Source of the DNA: Owenia fusiformis
Taxonomy: Eukaryota
Reading direction: 5' to 3'
Length of the DNA stretch: 64,000 nt
Assembly: GCA_903813345.2 (NCBI GenBank)
Contig: CAIIXF020000001.1
Coordinates: 36,270,001-36,334,000, forward strand
Numbering within the stretch: the first letter of the stretch is position 1; every line of letters starts with the position of its first letter. Under the pieces are notes generated by a model. The model was not told the origin of the DNA. It saw nothing but the letters and a program-made list of their open reading frames with translations, and did no database searches. Shown here one piece after another: positions 1 through 12,517 of this stretch. The position numbers were made by a program, and so were the translations under genes.

Positions 1-54
1 GTATACTATATATACCTTACTATATAAGAACAGGGGCAGTCGGTAATTCATATT

Positions 55-210
55 TTTATGTCATCTCCAGAAGTGATGACATATTTTTATGATTTCAAAC
101 TTTTTTGTGGATGTTCTTCAGCAGTTGGTGTTTAGTAGATGGTGTTTGGTGTTCAGCATATGACATCTGTAACAAATGGTAGGTGGTGACATTTTGCATG
201 TCAGTGCTGT
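55..210 (+). mobile_element. Degenerate interspersed repeat, HINE/Helentron-like family B (copy 1)
   Basis: TTTTATGTCATCTCCAGAAGTGATGACATA at the start and AAATGGTAGGTGGTGACATTTTGCA near the end are shared with 13819..13955 and 61759..62188; subterminal inverted motif ATGTCA(C)C / GGTGACAT. Confidence 0.45.
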
Positions 211-2779
211 ATTGTTATTGTTATTTGTGACAATTCTTTGACTTTCAATCACTTCTCCAGGAATCATGCGAATTCAAAGGACATCAGAAACTACTTATAT
301 CCAGTTCCTATATCAGTTCATATTACCATGTTTTTGTTCACCTACAGAATTATTTGCTATAATATATTAAAGAGAAGATTATTTTCTTTGTCAGAAGATT
401 AAATAAGACTCTCATTCCAACTTCAACATTCTCTGCTCTTTGAACTCACCTTTCAGTAACAGGAATATTATAAGAAGCTGATGTGCAAATGAGAGTATTG
501 GCTCCAACCTGCCATCAGAATTGGTTATGAACACAATATCTGAATTTATTTATATTACCTGAGGTGAAATATAGGTATTATACACGAGCATTTTTTGTAT
601 TTTTAAGATGTCATTCTTAATAGGGAAAGCCTCTCAGTGAAATTTGATGCCATTAACTTTTCAAAATTGCAAATGACTGCATAGTCATGAGTCAAAACTA
701 ATGACAGCTCTCTGATTGACATCATTTGAAGCTTCTAGCTCAATTTTGAAGGAAGTTGCATCAACTTTTTGTAAAATTTAAAATAAATCTTATTTTTTGA
801 CTTCTTTATGCCACAATCCCCCCTGACTGTAAACCTATTTTTTTGTGATCACACTACCCCTGACTGAAAGCTGGCTACGCCCCTGACTAGTAAAGTAACA
901 CACAGATAGTGTATTAACTTTGTATTAAAATGACCCTCACATTAATTTGTTTCAAAATCTAACAATAAAAGAACACAGTTACAGACTCAAAAACTGATAC
1001 AAACAGACAATAGATTTTTATTTTTCTGCTGGATTATTCAATTATCATATTTGATCTTTAGAAGATTAAAATAAAAATCCTGTTATATGCGTTAATAAAA
1101 CTTCTTCAATCTTTTAGTTTTTGATAGTGAATGATGGAGAGAAGGGTGTTAGCTGCTGTTTTTTGTCTGTTGGGATACTGGGGATTTTTTCTTATGAATG
1201 TTTATGCTATTAGATGTTTCTTTTTCTAGTTGTGTGGAATATTAATATGCACTGTTATACAGGTATGTCTTTTTGACATTTTTGCTTACATAACAATCTG
1301 TAATACATATTTTCTGGAAAGAGCATTGATTGTTGTTGTTGTTTTTGTATTCCACCTGTTTCTTGCAAGCATTTACTGGTAACAACAAATCCCATACTAA
1401 ATATATACCACCAGTCAAGTAAAAGTCAGCTTTGTATCAGTTAACTTATGTGGGCTTATATGATGGCAGGTTGGTGCAGTTACAATAAGCAATATTATTA
1501 ATTAGTATAAGGATGTAGAGTACAATACTTATAAGTGAATGTTGTACCCAGTAGTGAACTTCAGAATATCAGTGTCATCAGAATATATGAGAACATTTTC
1601 TTAATATGCAAATGGGTGTATGCAAATATATTTATCGGCAATGGCTCCATTTTAAGACATTTTCTTCCTTAAATGAGTATATTTAATTGGGAAACTTCTT
1701 GAGAAATATTGGCAAGAACATTGAAAATGCCTCAAAAACAAAAGAGGAATGATAACTGGGGCATCTGGTAGTTGTACTCCTTTGTCCTAAATGATGCCAG
1801 CCACAATGTAATCTGATTGAATGAAGGCAATTGATAGGAAGTGGACCTTGGCATTTCCCTATCTACCTATTTTACACTGTACATACATGTTTTTAGCTAT
1901 AAAAAGGATGTGGATTGATTCTCACCTAACAGGCTCAGTGATGAAAAATGAGCTGGGAAGTAACTCCAAGGGTGGTGTTACTTCTCTGCAGGTGTTTAGA
2001 ACAGACACTGTTAAATCCAAACAAATAGTAAGCCCATGTACTACATACAAAGAAAAGGAAAAAAAAGTTCATAAGAAATGTTTGCGCATTTGTAGTAGCA
2101 TTGATTTTTACATCTCTAACATTTTTATTGTTATACTTTGAATTATTTCAAATTATTTCAAAATCAGTTTTTTGTTGAAGCTGGGTAAGATTTATTAAAA
2201 ATTGCAAATATATTTTAGTCCCTACCTCTTGAACCTTCTATTCCTATGTACATTGTACAGCCATGTTGTATACCATTGAGGAACAAGTATATATTTTTTT
2301 TAGATTTATGTTCATTTAACCTAAGTTATTAAGAAAGTGTTCTCCTATATCCTGATGAAAATCTCATTTAAAAGATACTTGATTATGTGCACTAGAATTA
2401 ATTAAATGTCCATTCAGATGTCACAAATCTCAAAACAAATGTTACAAATGAAAAAACCTATTATGCAAATGGTTGATTGTGTCATTTCATGAGATGTCCA
2501 AATGCCAGCATGTTTTCACTTTGGATATTAGGTTTGTCATTGTTTTTCAGATTTTTTGATTTGTGACATTTACATACACATACTTTAGATATAAGTTTTA
2601 TATTCTATGATTAGTATCTATTGTAATTAATAATTATGGAGATGTAAATTGCACATCTACAAGCCAAGTCAGCTTGGACAGCATATCAATCTGTTTTTTC
2701 CATTACAATCAATCATGTAATAAAATAATCACAGCTCCTTTTAAACCTCAATCTGCACATTCTCTAACATTTTTAATAG

Positions 2780-3287
2780 CACACCGGAATAGCTTGACCA
2801 CGGTAAAGTCAGATACCGTTGTCACAAAGTTGAACCGTCGCTTCAACTGTTTAATCACTTGGTCCTCATTTCATGGGATTTTATCGTCGCTAATTCTGTG
2901 CATGCATTAAGCTCTTGTGATAATGTATCATATGAAATCCCATTTTCGATCAAATTGGGTCGTGAATCGCCACAATATAGCGCCTTCGATATCATCAATG
3001 ACAAGAGAATCTGAATTTGAGTAATTTAGAAAGACAATGGCATAGTGTCCGTTGTCCTGTATCTCATTTTGATCGGTTAAATTAAAGACTTTATTTCGAA
3101 CATTATATAATAGAACATTATTAACTGTACAATGAGTATTAAGACTGATTGATTGATGTTCCATAGGAATTTATTCTAGGTGCTATATTAAACATACAGT
3201 TCATGAAAATCTAATTGAAGTGACGGTTATGTCCGCCATTTGTGATAACGGTATCTGACTTTGCTGTTGTCAGGCTATTCCGGGGTG
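2780..3287. mobile_element. Non-autonomous DNA transposon with CAC...GTG termini and 5-bp TSD (Transib/RAG-like signature)
   Basis: 49-bp TIRs CACACCGGAATAGCTTGACCACGGTAAAGTCAGATACCGTTGTCACAAA, 43/49 identical; AATAG on both flanks (2775-2779, 3288-3292). Confidence 0.8.
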
Positions 3288-3826
3288 AATAGCAGGAACA
3301 TTTTTCCAAAAATGATTTTCATTTATTTTTGTACATTCAGTTTATGCAAGAAAACCTGAAAGGAAACTCAATATCCTAGTATCCAAAACTCATTTATCAT
3401 TAAGATAATTGGAAGAGTTTTTACTTGGTGAAATTGAACAGCCTTTCTTCTCCATCTTGCTAGATGTCCAATCGCACTCTATTTATCACTGAATCCAAAC
3501 AATTACATATCAAGTTCATTTCCTTTCTCATGTTTATTGAGTTATTTTGTGTCAAAGAGGAATTATGGCCCTAATACAAGGGACATTAGACATTACAACA
3601 TAACACTATTGACGGTCGTGTTCCTTGTGACCACTAGTTTCTAGAGCAGTCTAATTAATCTTTCACACTTTGCATTTTTTTATTATCTATTTAGTTGTGA
3701 AGGTCAATTTCAAATGTACAGTTCAGAAATTTGGTAGAATGTAAGTTGATTTATTTCCAAATCGTGTTTGAAAAGTCTGGCTTAGCCTTATACTGAATAC
3801 AAAATAGAAAAAATTCAGAAGAATAT

Positions 3827-4668
3827 GGGTTTGTAGAAAATACCGGGTACCGGGTACCAGGTACCAGGTAGTAAATCCTCCATGCTGTGTTCAAACTTGG
3901 TACCCGGTCGAAAAAAAACGGGTATGTAAAAACATACGTTTCTTTGCAGTAGACTAGAACAGTAATAAAGCTTGTAATCCCTTTATTTACGTCATATTTG
4001 CTGTTCTATTCACACCAGAATTAATAACCCACCTATATGTAAATGATACATGAGTATGTTACGGCTACGTGATTTGTGTGACGTCTTAATTGAGGTTACT
4101 AGTACATCGCTGGCACGTAGTGATTAAGTCATTTGCAACATAAACATCTGTTAGAGTCTAAACCTTCCCGTCGCCATAACGTTACAAACTTGATGTATGT
4201 ATGATGTTATGTAAGTATGTTACAGCTCGTTATTTTAGCAAAGTCACTGTTAAAGTTGCTACTACGTTCCTGCCACGTGATACTTGAGTCAAATGTAATG
4301 TTTGATAAACATCTATGCGAGTCCACACCTTCCTGTACAACGTTCCATAATAAACGTACCAGAACTTACAACCGGCCACGTATATGTGACATTGCATAAG
4401 CACATTACAGTCTTGTTATTTTTGCGAAGTCATTGTTTAGGTTGGTTCTACATTCCTGGCATGTGATATTTAAGTCAAATGTAACGTTCCTAAAACATCT
4501 GTGCGAGTCCACACCTTCCTGTACCTACAACGTTCCATATTAACGTTGCTACAACTTGAGACATATATTCTAACGACGTTATCACAATGTAAATTTGTTT
4601 GTTTTCGTTTTTGTTTGAACCCAACATGGAGGATTTACTACCCGGTACCCGGTATTTTCTACAAACCC
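3827..4668. mobile_element. MITE with GGG...CCC termini and 8-9 bp TSD (MULE- or hAT-like)
   Basis: TIR GGGTTTGTAGAAAATACCGGGTACCGGGTA...GTAAATCCTCCATG at both ends (left has 14 extra nt); flanks GAAGAATAT / AAAGAATAT; three diverged internal direct repeats. Confidence 0.85.
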
Positions 4669-5003
4669 AAAGAATATCCAAAATATCAAATTTTAGTATC
4701 CTTCCATTCATATTGAAATCTATCTTGCATAGGAAGTGATGCGGATATTGACCAAAGCATTTCTGTTTCAATTTGTGATGTGCTAAGGTTGGAATAAGAT
4801 TCTTGATTAAAATAACGTACATTGTAGATTGATATATGCAAATAAAATCAATCTACCATATTCTCTATCATTAGTGCCCACTCTCTAAAAAGGACCCACG
4901 TAGGTGCTAATTACAGAGAATGCGGTATATGTTTTTCAGGATTTATGTAATGTTTCATGATTTCAGCTCTTGGATGAAAAGTTGTGTTATACTCTTTTAC
5001 GTG

Positions 5004-5505
5004 TACTATACTATACTTCACTACACTACCTTACACTATGCTACGTTATGCTATACTATACTACACTGCTTTATAATATACTACACTTCACTATACTATA
5101 CTTCACTACCTTACACTATACTTCACTACACGATACTATACTACACTGCTTTACAATATACTACACTTCACTATACTATACTTCACTACACTACCTTACA
5201 CTATGCTACATTACGCTATACTATACTACACTGCTTTATTATATACTACACTTCACTATACTATACTTCACTACCTTACACTATACTACACTACACGATA
5301 CTATACTACACTGCTTTACAATATACTACACTTCACTATACTATACTTCACTACACTACCTTACACTATGCTACATTACGCTATACTATACTACACTTCT
5401 TTACAATATACTACACTTCACTATACTATACTTCACTACCTTACACTATACTTCACTACACGATACTATACTACACTGCTTTACAATATACTACACTTCA
5501 CTATA
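5004..5505. repeat. Compound pentamer (CTATA/CTACA/CTTCA) repeat organised as about 3 x 165 bp
   Basis: Pentamer periodicity is visible; the ORF translation repeats every 55 aa (165 bp = 33 pentamers). Confidence 0.95.
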
Positions 5506-5958
5506 TGCTGCTTGTTCATCGGACATCCTGCAATCCTATCTAGTACCCTGTTATAGGCTAATCTGATTAAAGATCCTTAGTGGCAGTTTAATTGAGAAAC
5601 TGTAATATTACATTATTCCTCCTGATAAAAACAAGATATGAATTGTTTCCTATTCTGTTGTTGACAGATTATTATATCAATATGTTGGTCTTTACGTTTA
5701 AGCACTTGCTTTTTAAAGCTTCATTCTACCTCATTGGTAAGCTTCTAGAATTGACGTAATAATTACACTTTTAAACTTTGTAATATACAAAGACATACGT
5801 AATTTTCTACATTGGCACTTTGGGAAGCCTTTATTGAGCTGCATCAAGTTCATTAACACAAATGAGACATGACAGACTGAGTTAGCCCCCACTGAAAATG
5901 ACATATATAAGATAATTACTTTTTTGAAGTCCGTAGGGATATACATATAGTATAAGGG

Positions 5959-6037
5959 TTTACGAAAAAGACCGGCCGCCGAACAGTCATTCTCCACAGT
6001 TTGGTACACATGGTCGGCTGTCGGTCTTTTACATAAA
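5959..6037. other. Short imperfect hairpin (27-bp arms, 25-nt loop)
   Basis: TTTACGAAAAAGACCGGCCGCCGAACA matches the reverse complement of 6011-6037 at 22/27 positions. Confidence 0.6.
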
Positions 6038-7604
6038 TATGAATAGATGCAAAATTAGAAGAGGAAAATAAAACTAAAAATCCAACGACTATAGTACCTT
6101 TACAAGGTCGTGATTAAATCACAATGAAAAACGCACATGAAAAACGTAGCATTGTCATGTTCTGTTATGTCATAACTTTAAATGATGCCTCAGTTGTTAG
6201 AAGATTTTCAATTTCTGATTGTTAGACTTTGAAAACTACTTGTGAAAACTACTTTCAATATTACAAAAATAGCTTTCTGATGGTGCGCTGAAATGGTTAA
6301 TCACTTTTGGGTTTGACAAGAGAACGCGCGTAACATACATTGTGTTCAGTAATCAGTATGACAGTAACACATCCATTTTATTAGAAATACATTATTTTCA
6401 TTAAATATAAGCCTACGTTGAATTTCAGTAAAAAATTATATATTCCCATAGAAACGATAGGTTGACAGGTCAGGAACCTAAGTGTTTGTTTCCCTTTTGT
6501 TTTAACCATTTTAACTTAACTGAATAGAACAAAATGTGTAAAAATATGTTGCCTATGAGTGACATGTATTCAATAATCCAGGGCTACAAATATTGTTGGT
6601 CTTTTACATATGATATGGTCTGTCTTTTCCACATTTTCCTTTGAGGCTACCTGTGGAAAACACCGACTGGTCTCTGGGGTAGGTTTTTCGTAAACTCTGT
6701 AGGTGATAAAGGTGACAACGGTCACTCTTATTTGATTGGCATGATTTGACTTGCTAGACTCATCCCAGATTTCTGCTAGCTTACAAAATGAGCCCATTGA
6801 ATGGTCTCCTTGGAACATCTTTTTGTTCTTCTGTCTGTCCGTCTTTTTAAGGTTCTTGAACCTTTCAATCATTATGTATATGGCTTGAAAACCCATTCAA
6901 ATTATGAGCCTATTATCTTAAATAGTTCATGAGCAAATGCTTTAACTGGATTTGATTCATTGAGTTCCAAAATAGTACAATGAAAGGGCCATCAAAAATG
7001 TTGATTTGATATACATGTTTTGTAATATCACTGTCACAATCACTTGATTGCAATACTTTTATATTGTCATTTGGTATCTGCTCTATTACAAGATTGCTTC
7101 TGCAATGTGACATCTTATGATTAGCCAATTATGTGATAGAGATGTTCAATTAAGTTAGATCCACTATCAATTTACAATTGGGGTCACATTTTCTGAACCT
7201 CAAATAATGAGTTCAATGGGGTTATGTTAAGAGGTATAGTCTCAACGAGAAGTTAGGTTAGTTAGTTAATAAGAAGTTTCGCATTTCAATTATGTGTAGA
7301 ATTTAGATAGAAATATATGAGAAAGCACCTCAATTTGTAATAGAAATTTAAGGAGCAGCCATTGTTCTCCATTATCCCTCCTTATATGTCCTTAGAAAAG
7401 GATACAGTATTATGACATACCTCAAACTCTAAAGACTCGTTTTAATTATCTCTGCAACTGAAGCATGTATTATCTCATATGAAACCCTATCATTGAGTGA
7501 CTTGAAGGTTTTGTCAGGTATATTATTACATTATTAGTATGTTATATGATTATGCAGCCTCTCAAAAACTATGCCACTTTGGCACATGTACATGTGTGCT
7601 CTCC

Positions 7605-10600
7605 TAGTCACATGATGAACCTGTGAAATCACCCGCTTGTCCTCTTAGTCACAGGGTGAGTCTGTGAAATCACCCACTTGTCCTCTTAGTCACATGATGA
7701 ACCCGTGAAATCACCCGCTTGTCCTCTTAGTCATATGGTGAGTCTCTGATATCACCCACTTGTCCTCTTAGTCACATGTCAAGCCTGTGAAATCACCCAT
7801 TTGTCCTCTTAGTCACATGTCAAGCCTGTGGAATCACCCACTTGTCCTCTTAGTCACATGTCAAGCCTCTGAAATCACCAACTTGTCCTCTTAGTCACAT
7901 GTCAAGCCTGTGGAATCACCGATTTGTCCTCTTAGTCACATGTCAAGCCTGTGGAATCACCCATTTGTCCTCTTAGTCACATGTCAAGCCTGTGAAATCA
8001 CCCACTTGTCCTCTTAGTCACATGTCAAGCCTGTGGAATCACCCATTTGTCCTCTTAGTCACATGTCAAGCCTTTGGAATCACCCACTTGTCCTCTTAGT
8101 CACATGTCAAGCCTGTGAAATCACCCACTTGTCCTCTTAGTCACATGTCAAGCCTGTGGAATCACCCATTTGTCCTCTTAGTCACATGTCAAGCCTGTGG
8201 AATCACCCACTTGTCCTCTTAGTCACATGTCAAGCCTGTGAAATCACCCACTTGTCCTCTTAGTCACATGTCAAGCCTGTGGAATCACCCATTTGTCCTC
8301 TTAGTCATATGTCAAGCCTGTGGAATCACCCATTTGTCCTCTTAGTCACATGTCAAGCCTGTGAAATCACCCACTTGTCCTCTTAGTTACAAATCAAGCC
8401 TGTGGAATCACCCATTTGTCCTCTTAGTCAAATGTCAAGCCTGTGGAATCACCCACTTGTCCTCTTAGTCACATGTCAAGCCTGTGAAATCACTCACTTG
8501 TCCTCTTAGTCACATGTCAAGCCTGTGAAATCCCCTGCTTGTCCTCTTAGTCACATGTCAAGCCTGTGAAATCACTCACTTGTCCTCTTAGTCACATGTC
8601 AAGCCTGTGGAATCACCCACTTGTCCTCTTAGTCACATATCAAGCCTGTGGAATCACCCACTTGTCCTCTTAGTCACATGTCAAGCCTGTGAAATCATTC
8701 ACTTGTCCTCTTAGTCATATGTCAAGCCTGTGGAATCACCCATTTGTCCTCTTAGTCACATGTCAAGCCTGTGGAATCACCCACTTGTCCTCTTAGTCAC
8801 ATGTCAAGCCTGTGGAATCACCCACTTGTCCTCTTAGTCACATGTCAAGCCTGCGGAATCACCCATTTGTCCTCTTAGTCACATGTCAAGCCTGTGGAAT
8901 CACCCACTTGTCCTCTTAGTCACATGTCAAGCCTCTGAAATCACCAACTTGTCCTCTTAGTCACATGTCAAGCCTGTGGAATCACCCATTTGTCCTCTTA
9001 GTCACATGTCAAGCCTGTGGAATCACCCATTTGTCCTCTTAGTCACATGTCAAGCCTGTGAAATCACCCACTTGTCCTCTTAGTCACATGTCAAGCCTGT
9101 GGAATCACCCATTTGTCCTCTTAGTCACATGTCAAGCCTGTGGAATCACCCACTTGTCCTCTTAGTCACATGTCAAGCCTGTGAAATCACCCACTTGTCC
9201 TCTTAGTCACATGTCAAGCCTGTGGAATCACCCATTTGTCCTCTTAGTCACATGTCAAGCCTGTGGAATCACCCACTTGTCCTCTTAGTCACATGTCAAG
9301 CCTGTGAAATCACCCACTTGTCCTCTTAGTCACATGTCAAGCCTGTGGAATCACCCATTTGTCCTCTTAGTCATATGTCAAGCCTGTGGAATCACCCATT
9401 TGTCCTCTTAGTCACATGTCAAGCCTGTGAAATCACCCACTTGTCCTCTTAGTCACAAATCAAGCCTGTGGAATCACCCATTTGTCCTCTTAGTCAAATG
9501 TCAAGCCTGTGGAATCACCCACTTGTCCTCTTAGTCACATGTCAAGCCTGTGAAATCACTCACTTGTCCTCTTAGTCACATGTCAAGCCTGTGAAATCCC
9601 CTGCTTGTCCTCTTAGTCACATGTCAAGCCTGTGAAATCACTCACTTGTCCTCTTAGTCATATGTCAAGCCTGTGGAATCACCCACTTGTCCTCTTAGTC
9701 ACATATCAAGCCTGTGGAATCACCCACTTGTCCTCTTAGTCACATGTCAAGCCTGTGAAATCATTCACTTGTCCTCTTAGTCATATGTCAAGCCTGTGGA
9801 ATCACCCACTTGTCCTCTTAGTCACATGTCAAGCCTGTGGAATCACCCACTTGTCCTCTTAGTCACATGTCAAGCCTGTGGAATCACCCACTTGTCCTCT
9901 TAGTCACATGTCAAGCCTGTGAAATCATTCACTTGTCCTCTTAGTCACATGTCAAGCCTGTGGAATCACCCATTTTTCCTCTTAGTCACATGTCAAGCCT
10001 GTGGAATCACCCACTTGTCCTCTTAGTCACATGTCAAGCCTGTGGAATCACCCACTTGTCCTCTTAGTTACATGTCAAGCCTGTGAAATCACTCACTTGT
10101 CCTCTTATTCACATGTCAAGCCTGTGGAATCACCCACTTGTCCTCTTAGTCACATGTCAAGCCTGCGGAATCACCCACTTGTCCTCTTAGTCACATGTCA
10201 AGCCTGTGAAATCACCCATTTGTCCTCTTAGTCACATGTCAAGCCTGTGGAATCACCGCTTGTCCTCTTAGTCACATGTCAAGCCTGTGGAATCACCCAC
10301 TTGTCCTCTTAGTCACATGTCAAGCCTGTGAAATCACCCATTTGTCCTCTTAGTCACATGTCAAGCCTGTGGAATCACCCGCTTGTCCTCTTAGTCACAT
10401 ATCAAGCCTGTGGAATCACCCACTTGTCCTCTTAGTCACATGTCAAGCCTGTGAAATCATTCACTTGTCCTCTTAGTCACATGTCAAGCCTGTGGAATCA
10501 CCCATTTTTCCTCTTAGTCACATGTCAAGCCTGTGGAATCACCCACTTGTCCTCTTAGTCACATGTCAAGCCTGTGGAATCACCCACTTGTCCTCTTAGT

Positions 10601-11044
10601 TACATGTCAAGCCTGTGAAATCACTCACTTGTCCTCTTATTCACATGTCAAGCCTGTGGAATCACCCACTTGTCCTCTTAGTCACATGTCAAGCCTACGG
10701 AATCACCCACTTGTCCTCTTAGTCACATGTCAAGCCTGTGAAATCACCCATTTGTCCTCTTAGTCACATGTCAAGCCTGTGGAATCACCGCTTGTCCTCT
10801 TAGTCAAATGTCAAGCCTGTGGAATCACCCACTTGTCCTCTTAGTCACATGTCAAGCCTGTGAAATCACCCATTTGTCCTCTTAGTCACATGTCAAGCCT
10901 GTGGAATCACCCGCTTGTCCTCTTAGTCACATATCAAGCCTGTGGAATCACCCACTTGTCCTCTTAGTCACATGTCAAGCCTGTGAAATCATTCACTTGT
11001 CCTCTTAGTCACATGTCAAGCCTGTGAAATCATTCACTTGTCCT
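7605..11044. repeat. 41-bp minisatellite, about 84 copies
   Basis: Consensus GTCACATGTCAAGCCTGTG(G/A)AATCACCCACTTGTCCTCTTA head to tail; no unique spacers; leftmost units are more diverged. Confidence 0.99.
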
Positions 11045-12334
11045 TTTGTCTGTCCATATGTCCATCTTTCCATCCGTCTATTCATTTTTCCATCTATCAG
11101 TCAACAATTTTCATCCTCATACACATTTAATGGGAGTCCAAAGTGGTAGTTAACACTTTTCGTTCCAACTCATACTTGTCTTGGAAAAATAAGCTTTTTC
11201 AATTCAAAAACATCACATTTATATATTTCTCATATATATATGGTGTAATTGATGTTGGCAAGTTTCCTCTTTCCAGGTGTTTTGGTTTTCTCTGGGCACT
11301 GTTCATTTTAATTCTATTGATCACATTGAATTATATTATTGTATCATATGGGTTATACTTATCTGTGACTTACTACTGCAATTTGACTTATTTACTATTT
11401 TGAAATTATTATGTTAATATAAGTGTTTAATACATCAAAAATGATTTTTGATACTACATGTATTTTGAAAATATGATGAAAAAAATTAAATTTAAGTTTT
11501 CAAAACTTTAATTTACATTTTCATCAAATTATTTGTAATTTGTTAATTTTGAAGGAATTAGCTTCAGGATTCACCATGTGAATGCTGCCATTTTTTGAAG
11601 ATGTATGGCATAAAAATTAGAGCCTTAAATAAGCGATTCAATAAAGATAAAGTGAGCATGCCAAATTACAAAATCAAGATCATTGTGAACTTAACTTCTA
11701 TACTAAAATTTGAAACATAGCTGATAGCAGGTAGTAACTGGCATTTTTTTATTTTCTTTCATCTTGTTCATGGATTGGCTACTTCAATATACCAACCCTG
11801 GCATCATTCATTTTATTGCTAAACCGTTATCAAACAAAACTCATACTGATCCCAGACATAATGTAAATTTGTTCAGACTTTTTCAGATGATTCATTTTTC
11901 ATCAGATGAATATTTGTTTGACTACATAGAACACACGTAACAGATAAGTTAGATGATTGGCTTTGACTTATTGAATTGTTCTTCTCCTGTCTGACTTATA
12001 GTCTATTTTTGGGATGGAATACTTGAGTAATGTTCACCTTCAAGGTACAAGTGGTAATCAATTAACCTCAATTATCATACTCTCTTAGAATGGTAAAACT
12101 TTGCATTTGTATAGACTCACTATAGACTTTCTTATACATGTGCTCTACCTCACCTTCAGCCCTGGTAGAACCATGAATCAATTCATACACCAAGGGAAAT
12201 GCAGAAAATGAAATTTGTGTCAGAGTGTTTTAAAAAGTTTACTGTGTTCATATCCCATCTGTGATTCCTCAAGATCTATTAACAATGAATGGGAAAAGTA
12301 AAAAAGATCATCTTTTTCGAAAATAAGTCAGACA

Positions 12335-12517
12335 TTATGAAGAACTTGTTGAGGTGAGGTTCGAGTTCATGGTGTCTATGGATAGTCGGATTGATACTTT
12401 TTCCTCTTTTGGACTTATTTCATTGGTAGATAAGTAGTTTTGGAGACCTCGGCCTTTCCCTTTGCCTGTCCCTCTTTGGCTCTTCTTTGCTGCACCTCTA
12501 CCTCTCTTGGGTCCCAT
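12335..12517 (-). CDS. Candidate small basic protein (60 aa, Lys/Arg/Gly-rich N-terminus), or 5' relic of a retroelement ORF
   Basis: MGPKRGRGAAKKSQRGTGKGKGRG...; purine-rich codons unlike the flanks; CAAAGATGG start context; TATAAATA at 12552-12545 (-). No recognisable domain. Confidence 0.3.
   Translation of the reverse strand: MGPKRGRGAAKKSQRGTGKGKGRGLQNYLSTNEISPKEEKVSIRLSIDTMNSNLTSTSSS

Noticed and set aside
1927..1986. Possible minus-strand internal exon (CTGCAG|...EVTPPLELLPSSFFITEPV...|GTGAGA)
   Set aside because: Splice-like ends occur by chance; no recognisable protein and no partner exons.
2928..3164. 78-aa ORF inside the CAC...GTG element as a transposase or RAG fragment
   Set aside because: No Transib/RAG1 or kelch/PHD motifs recognisable.
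4920..5566. Tyr/Thr/His-rich ORFs of 117-207 aa
   Set aside because: Products of a pentamer repeat that is open in all three + frames.
10001..10763. Two identical 76-aa ORFs
   Set aside because: Satellite block duplication; the ORF exists only because point variants remove TAG codons.
7605..11044. CRISPR array
   Set aside because: Units are contiguous near-identical monomers with no unique spacers, no cas genes, and the context is eukaryotic. The same applies to the 31-, 35- and 54-bp arrays.
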